Below are positions 1 to 8,727 of a stretch of DNA of 39,495 nt, piece after piece; positions within the stretch are counted from its first letter, which is position 1, and the number at the start of each line of letters is the position of its first letter. Below the pieces are notes generated by a model that was given only the letters and a program-made list of their open reading frames with translations, did not search any database and was not told where the DNA came from. The translations under genes were made by a program, and so were the position numbers. Source of the stretch: a virus (lineage: Duplodnaviria; Caudoviricetes); IMG/VR virus record IMGVR_UViG_3300015050_000728, positions 1 through 39,495 of that record. The stretch is one strand, 5' to 3'.

Positions 1-2
1 AA

Positions 3-1433
3 GTTAAAGCCAAACCAAAAGCCATCAAGGAAAAGAAATTGAATAAATTTGATGTAGGCGATAGGGTGAAGGTGTTGCCTATTCATCTTGAATATGAAGA
101 CTATCCTCATGGTGGTATGGTTGGTGAACTGGCTGAAAAAGACTTTCAAGGTAAAGTTTTTACTATCGAAAAAGTAACTGGTCCACACGGTAATTACAAA
201 CACTTTGGATATTACTTTATTCAGGATGACGGTTATCGTGGAGATAAATACGTATGGGATGAACGCTATCTGAAACGTGTACGTAAGGCTGTGGCTAATA
301 AGCCAAAGATTAAAGCTCCAAAAAGAAATCCTATGGTGGCCCCTAAACCTAAAGCCCCTCCTGTAATGGAACGTGTCCCTCTTACAAGAGAGAATGCTGT
401 TGTGGGGATGAATGTTATCCTGAACGAGCCTAAAGGTCCCTTGATTATTGGTAATAAGTACAAGATTAATCGTCTTGAAGGACAATATTGCTACGTAGAC
501 GGATTTGCTGATAGGATTTTTCTTCGCAGGTTTCTTGTTGAGCAGCCTGTAGTCAAGAAGAAAAAGAAAGCAGCAGATGTAAAAGCTGCTATCATCGCCC
601 CCAAAGCTCAACATATTCATCAAGATTTGCTTGAAGGGTTGGCTAAACAAGCTGATGAAGGTGCTGGTACATGCTCTTATGCCATTAAATATGCAGATGG
701 ATATATTGACTACCACGTAAGGGATGCTTGCCATCGTCGTATTGGTGGTAGGGGGAACGGTTATCGTGGAGATAATGTTCACGGTCAACGTGTTGCCTTA
801 GCTCTTAACATCAAAGGGCATTTGAAACAAGTAGTTGATCAAAAAGAAACTTACCTCCGTTATGTTAATTACATCATCAGTCAGAGTCCTCATCGTGATT
901 CATTCCTCTCTAAAGGTGTTGATCACGCATTGAAGAATGGCATCTTGATGGACACTAAGTGGTGTGTTGAGAGGCTTGCAGGGGGTGCTGTAGCTCTTCG
1001 TGAAGGAAGTGAATACAAAAGGAAGCTAAAGCTATTTGGAGAGCTTCTAGACGCTGGATACAGTGGGCATGTAGCTTACACTCTCTCTTATGGATTCACT
1101 CAGGATTACAAATACTCAGGTATTACTGATGCTCATGCGTCTATCAGTGGAATGATGAGTGCAGATTCATATTTCAAATTCTTCAAGGAAGGATATCCAG
1201 AAGCCACTAACAAACGTAAAGCTTTTAATAAGAGCGATGAATGTTATGAAGGGATTTGCCGTTATCTGGATTGGAAACTCCCCGGTAAATCCATTAATGA
1301 TTTCTTGAGAGAAGAAACAGCCATTAAAGGAGATGCAATGGTTGGATGGGATGCACCAAAGATTGATCCTATTGAAGATCGTAAGGCCAAGCTGTATGCA
1401 TTAGCAGATAAGCTTGAATTGTTGTTGTATTAA
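3..1433 (+). CDS. Modular hypothetical protein, probably 5'-truncated by the window edge: two SH3/KOW-like modules joined by Lys/Pro/Ala-rich linkers, then a ~280-aa C-terminal domain
   Basis: The frame of the 39..1433 ORF is open back to nt 3 (VKAKPKAIKEKKLNKF...), so the TTG at 39 is probably not the true start. Modules 'KFDVGDRVKV' and 'AVVGMNVIL...IGNKYKI'; linkers 'KPKIKAPKRNPMVAPKPKAPP' and 'KKKKKAA'. Confidence 0.7.
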   Translation, partial: VKAKPKAIKEKKLNKFDVGDRVKVLPIHLEYEDYPHGGMVGELAEKDFQGKVFTIEKVTGPHGNYKHFGYYFIQDDGYRGDKYVWDERYLKRVRKAVANKPKIKAPKRNPMVAPKPKAPPVMERVPLTRENAVVGMNVILNEPKGPLIIGNKYKINRLEGQYCYVDGFADRIFLRRFLVEQPVVKKKKKAADVKAAIIAPKAQHIHQDLLEGLAKQADEGAGTCSYAIKYADGYIDYHVRDACHRRIGGRGNGYRGDNVHGQRVALALNIKGHLKQVVDQKETYLRYVNYIISQSPHRDSFLSKGVDHALKNGILMDTKWCVERLAGGAVALREGSEYKRKLKLFGELLDAGYSGHVAYTLSYGFTQDYKYSGITDAHASISGMMSADSYFKFFKEGYPEATNKRKAFNKSDECYEGICRYLDWKLPGKSINDFLREETAIKGDAMVGWDAPKIDPIEDRKAKLYALADKLELLLY

Positions 1434-1442
1434 AGGAATGAT

Positions 1443-1595
1443 ATGAAATTACGTATTAAATACATGTTTGGACTATACTACATCCAACGTAAAAGAAAAT
1501 ATTGGTTTGGTTGGGAAGACCTTGGTGTAAGTCATAAAGAAGACGCAGCTAAAGCTCTTATGAAATACATACAAGCAAATCCTGAAATGTATTAA
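1443..1595 (+). CDS. Small hypothetical protein (50 aa, MKLRIKYMFGLYYIQRKRKYWFGWEDLG...)
   Basis: Read manually. AAGGAA RBS upstream, fills the gap between two genes, and its stop abuts the next RBS. Confidence 0.65.
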   Translation: MKLRIKYMFGLYYIQRKRKYWFGWEDLGVSHKEDAAKALMKYIQANPEMY

Positions 1596-1604
1596 AGGAA
1601 CAAC

Positions 1605-2246
1605 ATGTTAAAAGTATTATTGGTTGGTGGCAATGGGCAATATGTCTCCCTCATTCGTGAAGTGTTGAACGGAGCTATCACGAACAACATCAAGGATGCT
1701 GATTTGATTATGTTTACAGGCGGTGCTGATGTATCTCCTGAGCTTTATCATGATGCTACCCATCGTGCTACAGGTAATGACCCTCATCGGGATATGCAAG
1801 AGACGCGTATCTTCAATCAGGCCCTTGAACTGAAGATTCCTATGGTTGGCATCTGTCGTGGTGGTCAGTTTGGTAATGTTATGTCTGGTGGACGTATGTA
1901 CCAACATGTGAGTAAACATGCTCTAGGTCATGGGCATGAGCTTACAGACCTTGAGACAGGCGAAACCATCTACGTGTCATCTACCCATCACCAGATGATG
2001 ATGCCCTCTCCTAAGGCCCGTATAGTGGCTACAAGTGCCCTTGGTGGTGAGAGGGAGTGGTATGATGGTCAAGTGTTCAAGAAAGATGTGTCTAAGGAAG
2101 ACATTGAAGTGGTTTATTATGAACACACCAAGTGCTTATGCTTCCAGCCCCATCCAGAATTCAATGCTCCTGAATACAAACGTATGAGGAATTATTTCGG
2201 AGAGCTTGTAGAGAAATTTCTTGTACGTGAGACAGAACATGCCTAA
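1605..2246 (+). CDS. Class I glutamine amidotransferase / peptidase C26-like (gamma-glutamyl hydrolase family)
   Basis: FTGGADV oxyanion motif, GICRG nucleophile Cys, STHHQ, and FQPHPE His-Glu of the catalytic triad. Confidence 0.9.
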   Translation: MLKVLLVGGNGQYVSLIREVLNGAITNNIKDADLIMFTGGADVSPELYHDATHRATGNDPHRDMQETRIFNQALELKIPMVGICRGGQFGNVMSGGRMYQHVSKHALGHGHELTDLETGETIYVSSTHHQMMMPSPKARIVATSALGGEREWYDGQVFKKDVSKEDIEVVYYEHTKCLCFQPHPEFNAPEYKRMRNYFGELVEKFLVRETEHA

Positions 2247-2466
2247 GAGAATTTTACATTGGGAGAATATCTGGATTTTGTTCTGGAGTTTCCCTTCTAT
2301 TGTAATTACATTGAGTTGGTTACTCAGCATTTATGTATGGGTACTTAAAGGTTTTCCACAACCATACGTAAATTACGGTATTGATGCTGGAATGGATCAA
2401 TTAATCTGTGCTAAAATCTTATTACTTATAGGGTTTGCATTTAAGATCAAAAAGTTTCTTAAATAA
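2239..2466 (+). CDS. Small membrane protein (2 predicted TM segments)
   Basis: ATG at 2239 overlaps the upstream gene end. Hydrophobic stretches IWILFWSFPSIVITLSWLLSIYVWVL and LICAKILLLIGFAF. Confidence 0.55.
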   Translation: MPKRILHWENIWILFWSFPSIVITLSWLLSIYVWVLKGFPQPYVNYGIDAGMDQLICAKILLLIGFAFKIKKFLK

Positions 2467-2473
2467 CTAACAT

Positions 2474-2548
2474 CTGCCCTTCGTACAAAGGATAGTACAG
2501 ATTTCTTCTAAAAATCTAATAGAGGTTCGATTCCTCTAGGGCAGGCCA
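2474..2548 (+). tRNA. tRNA-Arg (anticodon TCT)
   Basis: Manual cloverleaf: acceptor CTGCCCT/AGGGCAG, D-arm GTAC/GTAC, anticodon stem GATTT/AAATC with loop CT-TCT-AA, T-arm AGAGG-TTCGATT-CCTCT, discriminator G and encoded CCA. Confidence 0.93.
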
Positions 2549-2563
2549 ATTAAAGGAAATAAA

Positions 2564-2725
2564 ATGTGGGTTTTATTGATTGTGTATCTCTCTTCTGGTG
2601 GTAAACCAGCAATGACTACTGCTGAATTTACTACTGAATTAAACTGTGAACAAGCAGGATATTCTTTTGTAACAAAGGCAGGTGATCGTTGGGCAACTGC
2701 TAAATATAGTTGCACACGTAAATAA
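2564..2725 (+). CDS. Small exported/membrane-anchored protein with two Cys (53 aa, MWVLLIVYLSSGGKPAMTTAEFTTELNCEQAG...AKYSCTRK)
   Basis: Read manually. AAGGAA RBS, hydrophobic N-terminus, F-T-T-E-x-x-C...C pattern. Confidence 0.7.
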   Translation: MWVLLIVYLSSGGKPAMTTAEFTTELNCEQAGYSFVTKAGDRWATAKYSCTRK

Positions 2726-2738
2726 CTAAAGGGCTATC

Positions 2739-2963
2739 ATGACTATTGCAGAACGTAAATTCAATCAAGCACAAAAGAGTGCTGAAACTCTCCAGAAGGC
2801 TAAAGATTTTAGCATTGAAGATATCAAAGGTTATTACGCTACAGTGAGGGCCATCTTCTCTGTTAAGCGTCCTTGGGCACATCGTAATAAGAAGGGTCCG
2901 GGTCGTAAGCATCAGCAAACCAAGACGCTTACAAAAGCTGAACGTTTTCCTGTGAAAGAATAA
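2739..2963 (+). CDS. Hypothetical basic protein (74 aa)
   Basis: ORF track; AAGGG RBS; operonic spacing; Lys/Arg-rich C-terminus. Confidence 0.65.
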   Translation: MTIAERKFNQAQKSAETLQKAKDFSIEDIKGYYATVRAIFSVKRPWAHRNKKGPGRKHQQTKTLTKAERFPVKE

Positions 2964-2964
2964 T

Positions 2965-3660
2965 ATGAAAATCGTTGTTCTCCATCCTAAGGCTTGCCGT
3001 AAAAGTGCAGCAGCCTTAGCTGAAGCTCTTGCTTGTATTGCTGTCAATCCTTTTGAGGATGATTATGCTCAAGACAAGATTAACAAGGCGGATGTTGTCT
3101 TCAATTACGGCTGTGGATATAACATTCGTCATCCTCTTGTCATCAACAGTGGTGTTGCTGTACAGAAATGTGTCAGTAAGATTGAGACATTCAAAGCCTT
3201 ACAACAGGATGGTATCCCCATTCCTGAATATGTCCTGAAGAAGCAAGATATTCCTGCTGATTGGGAGAATGTCTATTGCCGCAAGGATGGTGGCAAGAAG
3301 AATGAAGGATTGGATGTATGGAATCGTTGGGAAGGCAAGCCTATTTCTGATGCTGATTTCTACACACGTAATTACGATTATGAACATGAATATCGCGTAA
3401 TGGTGATTGGTAGTGTTTGTGCTGGTGTCTATCATAAGGACGAGGTTGATGGTGATTGGTATCTGAATAAGGTGCCTAAGAAGGGACTGGAAGAGATGGT
3501 GTTTGCTTGTGAAGCAGCAGCGCTATCATTAGGCATTGATTACGTAGGTTTTGATGTTCTTTCCAAGTCTAAGAAAGAATTCATCATCCTTGAGGCTAAT
3601 TCTGGAGCTGTCCTTCAGGATGAGTCTATCCCTGTCATTAAACGATTGATTGGAGTTTGA
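2965..3660 (+). CDS. ATP-grasp peptide ligase (RimK/YheCD-like) #1
   Basis: SKIETFKALQQDGIPIP, EHEYRVMV, LGIDYVGFDVL, and FIILEANS (ExN metal-binding motif). Confidence 0.88.
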   Translation: MKIVVLHPKACRKSAAALAEALACIAVNPFEDDYAQDKINKADVVFNYGCGYNIRHPLVINSGVAVQKCVSKIETFKALQQDGIPIPEYVLKKQDIPADWENVYCRKDGGKKNEGLDVWNRWEGKPISDADFYTRNYDYEHEYRVMVIGSVCAGVYHKDEVDGDWYLNKVPKKGLEEMVFACEAAALSLGIDYVGFDVLSKSKKEFIILEANSGAVLQDESIPVIKRLIGV

Positions 3661-3661
3661 T

Positions 3662-4081
3662 ATGTGTCATAGATGTGGTACTGACGGTGAACCTCGTAAA
3701 ACCAATGGATTTCAACATTGTTCAGGTTGCACTGCTCCGACATTGATTGAAAATAAGCCTGTCCCTCATAAACATGCTGAAGTAATTAAGGCGTGGGCGG
3801 ATGGTGCTCAGATTCAAGAATATAGTGAATATCATCAAAAATGGAATGACATTGGTTTAATGTCTGGGGCAGGATATAACTCTCCTATCCTTTGGAATAT
3901 TAATTCCAAATATCGCATTAAACCTGAACCAAGGCTAGATGTTGTAAGATATATCAATATCCCATCTGGGGAAATTTTCAGAGCCAGCGTATCTACCAGT
4001 GCATATCCAGCAGATTTTGGATGTATAAAGTGTGTATTTGACGGCGAGACTCATAAACTTAAATCTGTGGAGAAAATCTAA
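3662..4081 (+). CDS. Hypothetical protein with N-terminal CxxC-x-CxxC zinc ribbon
   Basis: GGAG RBS before ATG 3662; MCHRCG...HCSGC; also a 'HAEVIKAWADGAQIQ...W...YRIKP' segment of a type recurrent in phage proteins. Confidence 0.7.
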   Translation: MCHRCGTDGEPRKTNGFQHCSGCTAPTLIENKPVPHKHAEVIKAWADGAQIQEYSEYHQKWNDIGLMSGAGYNSPILWNINSKYRIKPEPRLDVVRYINIPSGEIFRASVSTSAYPADFGCIKCVFDGETHKLKSVEKI

Positions 4082-4242
4082 TGTTTGGTCTATTCCGTGC
4101 TGTTACTGAGCTTGCTGTAGACACTGTTCGTGTTGTAGCAGCTCCTGTTCAAGCTGTTGTTGAAATAGCAGATGCTGTTGTTAAACCTGTTGCTGATGTA
4201 GCTGAAGAGTTTGTCAAAGACATTAAAGATTCGGTGAAATAA
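4081..4242 (+). CDS. Small amphipathic Val/Ala-rich helical protein (53 aa, MFGLFRAVTELAVDTVRVVAAPVQAVVEIADAVVKPVADVAEEFVKDIKDSVK)
   Basis: Read manually. GGAG RBS, TAATG coupling to the upstream gene, ends 1 nt before the next ATG. Confidence 0.7.
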   Translation: MFGLFRAVTELAVDTVRVVAAPVQAVVEIADAVVKPVADVAEEFVKDIKDSVK

Positions 4243-4243
4243 T

Positions 4244-5635
4244 ATGTGTGGACATGTTGGCGTAGCAGGAACTATTTTCCTGAAAGAAGAGAAAGTATTA
4301 AAAACCCTCCTTATCCTCGATTCAATTCGTGGTGACGACAGCACAGGTATTGCTGCTGTAGGTGTTACAGGTAATGTCATTGTAGCTAAGGAGCTTGGCA
4401 ATCCTTATAATTTGTTTGAAGTAAACAAATTTGAGAAGGCTCTTAAGCCAGTTAATCGTGCTATCATTGGACATAATCGTTGGGCTACAGTGGGTGGTGT
4501 TTCTAAGCTTACAGCTCATCCATTCGAGTTTGAAACCCTTGTTGGTGCTCATAACGGTACGCTTAAGAACAAATACAAGCTCGCTGACCACATGGATTTC
4601 AAGGTGGACAGTGAGAATTTGTTCTGGCATATTGAACAACATGGTCTTGATGATGCATTGAAAATCATTGATGGTGCATGGGCATTGGTTTGGTGGGACA
4701 AGACTGAAGAGACAATGAATTTCCTTCGTAATAAGGAACGTCCTCTTTATATTGTTGCCACTGAAGATGGTAAGACGATGTTTTGGGCTTCTGAGAAATG
4801 GATGTTGTCTGTTTCTTGTAATCGTTACGATGTGAAAATTGGAGAGATTCACGAGATACAACAGGATATGTTGTATAGTTTCCACATCGGTAAAGATAAA
4901 GTGATTGAGAAACCTAAGGTGAGAAAGGCTGAAGGTACATATGTAGCTCCTGTGTATCAAGGTCAGAACAATCAGAATGGTTTGTGGCTTAACACCCCTC
5001 AACAACAACAACCAGCGTTTGGTGCTTCCACTAACAATGTAACTCCCATTACGAAAGCTGGCCAAGGCACCCCTGAAAAAAAGCTACTCAAGCTCTCCAA
5101 ACCACGAGAGCTGGAAGCTGGTTTGGTAAAATCGTACATCGACTCAAAGCGAGTGCTGTTTGAAATTGCTGGGAGTTGTGTAGATACAAACGGTAGTAGG
5201 TATCTGAAGCTTATGGATATTATGGTTCCAGCAGCTCCAGTACGCCTCTATCTGAAGAAGAATGACCCTATGCAAAACATGATTGGTAGGGAAATCATTG
5301 CTGATATTGGAACATTTATCAGTGACAAGAAGGGGGAAGGCAGTTTCTTTAAAGCGTCCCCTTGGAACGTAGTGATTGTGCCTGAGAAGGAAGAGAAGGC
5401 TGTTGTCCCTAAAGCAGCTAATGAGAATGATCTTCTGTATATGGGTGCAGGGCGTAAGCTTTATACTAAGAAGGAGTGGATGCAAAGGTATTCAACATGT
5501 ACCTATTGCTTCAGCACTCTCGATCCTGAGGATAGGGGTAATAGACTTACGCAAGAAGGTACGTGCCTTTGTGGAGATTGCACTGCTAATCTCCCTGAGG
5601 AATTCATGGGTATGAAATTAATGTCTGTAATTTAA
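4244..5635 (+). CDS. Class II (Ntn) glutamine amidotransferase with a C-terminal extension and Cys-rich zinc finger
   Basis: N-terminal MCG nucleophile, RGDDSTG, GHNRWAT, AHPF, AHNGTL, VDSE. No SIS or PRTase domain. C-terminal CTYC...CLCGDC. Confidence 0.92.
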   Translation: MCGHVGVAGTIFLKEEKVLKTLLILDSIRGDDSTGIAAVGVTGNVIVAKELGNPYNLFEVNKFEKALKPVNRAIIGHNRWATVGGVSKLTAHPFEFETLVGAHNGTLKNKYKLADHMDFKVDSENLFWHIEQHGLDDALKIIDGAWALVWWDKTEETMNFLRNKERPLYIVATEDGKTMFWASEKWMLSVSCNRYDVKIGEIHEIQQDMLYSFHIGKDKVIEKPKVRKAEGTYVAPVYQGQNNQNGLWLNTPQQQQPAFGASTNNVTPITKAGQGTPEKKLLKLSKPRELEAGLVKSYIDSKRVLFEIAGSCVDTNGSRYLKLMDIMVPAAPVRLYLKKNDPMQNMIGREIIADIGTFISDKKGEGSFFKASPWNVVIVPEKEEKAVVPKAANENDLLYMGAGRKLYTKKEWMQRYSTCTYCFSTLDPEDRGNRLTQEGTCLCGDCTANLPEEFMGMKLMSVI

Positions 5636-5645
5636 GGAATGTAAC

Positions 5646-6440
5646 ATGAACAAGATTCTAATTGGATGTGATCCAGAAGTATTTGTACAACAAAAAGGCG
5701 TATTTAAAAGCGCATTCGGATTGATTAAGGGTGACAAAAAGAATCCCCAAAAGGTACGTAGCGGCGCTGTCCAAGTGGATGGTATGGCCCTTGAGTTTAA
5801 CATTGACCCTGCAGCATCTGAGGATGAATTCCTGTTCAATGTTAATGATGTTCTTGGTCAAATGAAATTAATGGTGCCAGATTATGATGTTATCGTTTCT
5901 CCTGTTGCTGATTTTGATCCTGCATATATCAAAGCTCAGCCTGCTGAAGCGCTTGAGCTTGGATGTGATCCCGACTTCAACGCTTGGACTGAGGAAGCCA
6001 ATGAAAGACCAGATGGTGACCGTCCGTTCCGTACTGCCGCTGGTCATATTCATGTCGGTTGGACAGATGGTGTTGATATTCGTGACCCTCATCATAAGCA
6101 TCGTGGGAATCTTATTGCAAAACAATTGGATTTCTACTTAGGCTTGCCATCATTGGAATATGACAATGACGTAAAACGTCGCAGCATGTATGGGAAATCT
6201 GGTGCTGTACGTTATAAACCTTATGGCGTAGAATATCGTACCCTTTCCTGCAAGTGGTTGGACAGTGACAACCTTAAGCGTTGGGTTTATCGTAACGCTG
6301 TAAAGGCTGTTCAAGAAGTGATGAAAGGTAATCTCCTCGTTAATAAATATGGAGATATTCAGGACATTATTAACAACAGCGATCTGAAGAAAGCGCGAGC
6401 TATCATTAAAGACGCGAAGCTTGAGGTGTGTCATGGCTGA
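5646..6440 (+). CDS. phiEco32-like COOH-NH2 ligase type 2
   Basis: IGCDPEVF, VDGMALEFN, GCDPDFNAW, GHIHVG and YGVEYRTL motifs typical of this glutamine-synthetase-fold family. Confidence 0.88.
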   Translation: MNKILIGCDPEVFVQQKGVFKSAFGLIKGDKKNPQKVRSGAVQVDGMALEFNIDPAASEDEFLFNVNDVLGQMKLMVPDYDVIVSPVADFDPAYIKAQPAEALELGCDPDFNAWTEEANERPDGDRPFRTAAGHIHVGWTDGVDIRDPHHKHRGNLIAKQLDFYLGLPSLEYDNDVKRRSMYGKSGAVRYKPYGVEYRTLSCKWLDSDNLKRWVYRNAVKAVQEVMKGNLLVNKYGDIQDIINNSDLKKARAIIKDAKLEVCHG

Positions 6441-7059
6441 AGTAGTTCTCTCCCTTGATGACATTATTCAACAATACATGAATAATGTTGTAGTTTATAA
6501 AGGTAAATTGGTTAAAGTGGTAGATGTTAAGGGAGATAAAACTGTCAAGATTAAAGACTTGGAGAGCCAAAAGCAAGCCGTAGTTGGATTTAATCTGAAA
6601 GACTTTAGACCTCCTAAGGAACGTCTCGGTATGGTGAATGTTGCTGATTCTGTTATTCATCTGTCACGAATTCCAGTACGTAAGATGGAGATTGGTCTTA
6701 ATGGTAAAAACCTTAAGATGACTTATCTTGGTTGCCCTTACCCACAAGGTTTGAGGGAAACTCAGACTATGTTGAAAGGATATGACCTTCCTGAAGTAGC
6801 AGATACGTATTTCAATCGTTATCCTGTGTTCCCTAAAGCATTTAAGAAGGCCATTGACTCACAAGGTACATGTGCTTTCGATAGACAATTTGCTGTGGAT
6901 TTCAACGGCAATATCTATTACAAACAAATGGCTGTAGGAACTGTTCCGCTGAAAGCAAAGAATGTCAATGACATTGTGTTTTCAGATAAATTTAAATATC
7001 TTTCAATCCTTTTGGACGGAAATCATGAGAAAACTATTGGAATTACTTGCAAAGCCTGA
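6433..7059 (+). CDS. Hypothetical protein within the ligase cluster (~208 aa)
   Basis: GAGGTG RBS before ATG 6433; overlaps the genes on both sides. Confidence 0.75.
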   Translation: MAEVVLSLDDIIQQYMNNVVVYKGKLVKVVDVKGDKTVKIKDLESQKQAVVGFNLKDFRPPKERLGMVNVADSVIHLSRIPVRKMEIGLNGKNLKMTYLGCPYPQGLRETQTMLKGYDLPEVADTYFNRYPVFPKAFKKAIDSQGTCAFDRQFAVDFNGNIYYKQMAVGTVPLKAKNVNDIVFSDKFKYLSILLDGNHEKTIGITCKA

Positions 7060-8008
7060 GCAAGCTGGAGACTTTGGCATTGAAATTGAGGTGGAAGGTG
7101 ACAATCTTGTACCTCTCAATGACATGTACTGGCGTAGTGAGAGAGATGGTTCCTTACGTGGCGGATTGGAATACATCTTCGTTAAGCCAGTAGGTTTAAA
7201 ACATGTCCCAGCATTGCTTAAGCATCTGGTGAAGCATTTTGATGCTAATAAGTCTAAGCTTGATTTCTCCTTCCGTACTAGTGTACATGTGCATTTGAAC
7301 ATGCAACACTATACGTATGATCAACTCCTAAACACCATCTATACGTACATCCTCCTTGAGGAACCGTTGATGAATTTCTGTGGTGAAGATCGTAAAGCTA
7401 ATCGTTTCTGCTTACGTCTTGCAGATGCTGAAGGTGCAATGGAAGTGTTTACCATGCTCTTTAGTAATGGTGAGCAATCTATCTTTAAGATTCCTGCTGA
7501 TAAGATGAGGTATGCAGCTATTAACATTGAATCTCTCAATAAATATGGGAGCTTAGAATTTAGGGCTATGCAAGGTAATCTTGATGTAGAACGTATCACT
7601 ACGTGGTGTAAATGTATTGAGAAGATTCGTGCATTTGCATGTAAGTTTGAATCTCCATCAGAGATTTACAACTTCTATGTTGAGAAGGAAGCAGAGCAAT
7701 TCTTTAACGAAGTGCTGCAAGAAGTTGCTCCTAAATTCACTGGTGAGGACTTGGCTAGGAGTATTCGTCAGAGCTTCTCCTTGTCTATTGATCTCCCTTT
7801 CGTATATCTGAACAGCAGGAAGAAGGTAGAAGCATCTAAGCTTAAAGGGGCTGGTGCTCCTCCTATGCCGGGAGCGGTGAAATGGGATGAACTGGTTGCT
7901 GGTGCAGGTGAATTTAATGCTAGGATGATTAGACCAGCTCCAATGCGTGTTGAGATTGCTCGTCCGGGGCTTTGGATTGTAGATGATATTGAACAAGGAG
8001 CTGCATAA
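7025..8008 (+). CDS. Putative amidoligase (COOH-NH2 ligase, Amidoligase_2-like)
   Basis: FGIEIEVE, DGSLRGGLE, SVHVHLN, RYAAIN, SLEFRAMQG. Start placed at ATG 7025. Confidence 0.87.
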   Translation: MRKLLELLAKPEQAGDFGIEIEVEGDNLVPLNDMYWRSERDGSLRGGLEYIFVKPVGLKHVPALLKHLVKHFDANKSKLDFSFRTSVHVHLNMQHYTYDQLLNTIYTYILLEEPLMNFCGEDRKANRFCLRLADAEGAMEVFTMLFSNGEQSIFKIPADKMRYAAINIESLNKYGSLEFRAMQGNLDVERITTWCKCIEKIRAFACKFESPSEIYNFYVEKEAEQFFNEVLQEVAPKFTGEDLARSIRQSFSLSIDLPFVYLNSRKKVEASKLKGAGAPPMPGAVKWDELVAGAGEFNARMIRPAPMRVEIARPGLWIVDDIEQGAA

Positions 8009-8727
8009 TGCAAATTCGTTTACTGTGTACTGATGTACATTCTGAGAGTGCTAAGCGATTAGCTGATGTTCTTACGGAACAGCTTGGCTACAAAGTTTAT
8101 CGTTCCGATAAGGTGATCCCTAATCGTTGTCATATTCGTTATGGGGATCAACGGGATAAGCTTGTTCAATATAAATACTTTCGTAAGAATGGATTGAACT
8201 TTCCTTGGTTTACTGAGTCTAAAGAGGATGCTAAAGAGGCAATGGAGATTGGATACGCAGGTTCTATGCTTTGCCGACTGACTCTTAAAGGTCAGGAAGG
8301 TCATGGAATTGTAATTGCTGATACTCCTGATCAATTGGTAGATGCTCCTGTATACGTAGAATATCAGGAGAAGACGATTGAATATCGTGTTAATCTCTTA
8401 GGTGGCAGTAATGGTACTGAAGTGATTAATGTACGTGAGAAACGTCGTAAGAACGGTTTTGAAGGTGGTGAACCACGTATCCGTAATGTAGAGAATGGAT
8501 ATGTCTATTGTATTCCTAGGGGTAAGGTGCCAGATGCAATTATTCAGACAGCCATTGAAGCTTCATACGTCACTGATTCTAATATTGTTGGTGTGGATGT
8601 AGCATATAACGCTAAGACAGGACAGCATTTCCTGTTAGAAGTTAATAGTGCCCCATCAATGGAAGGTGTTACAGTGGCAGATTACGCTGGTGCTATCATT
8701 AACATGCATAAGGATATTTACGAATGA
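8008..8727 (+). CDS. ATP-grasp peptide ligase #2
   Basis: DKLVQYKYF, GQEGHGIV, IEYRVNL, VGVDVAY, LLEVNSAP. Confidence 0.88.
   Translation: MQIRLLCTDVHSESAKRLADVLTEQLGYKVYRSDKVIPNRCHIRYGDQRDKLVQYKYFRKNGLNFPWFTESKEDAKEAMEIGYAGSMLCRLTLKGQEGHGIVIADTPDQLVDAPVYVEYQEKTIEYRVNLLGGSNGTEVINVREKRRKNGFEGGEPRIRNVENGYVYCIPRGKVPDAIIQTAIEASYVTDSNIVGVDVAYNAKTGQHFLLEVNSAPSMEGVTVADYAGAIINMHKDIYE

Noticed and set aside
2500-2516. Possible amber-suppressor (CTA) reading of the + strand tRNA, implying stop-codon recoding
   Set aside because: With the GATTT/AAATC stem the 7-nt loop is CT-TCT-AA, so the anticodon is TCT (Arg). Genes are also intact under the standard code.
4322-5065. 247-aa - strand ORF, and many other short antisense or alternate-frame ORFs across the window
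   Set aside because: They lie within motif-supported genes on the opposite strand or frame and have no independent evidence.
4244-5635. Annotation as glmS or purF
   Set aside because: Only the Ntn glutaminase domain is present; SIS and PRTase domains are not seen.
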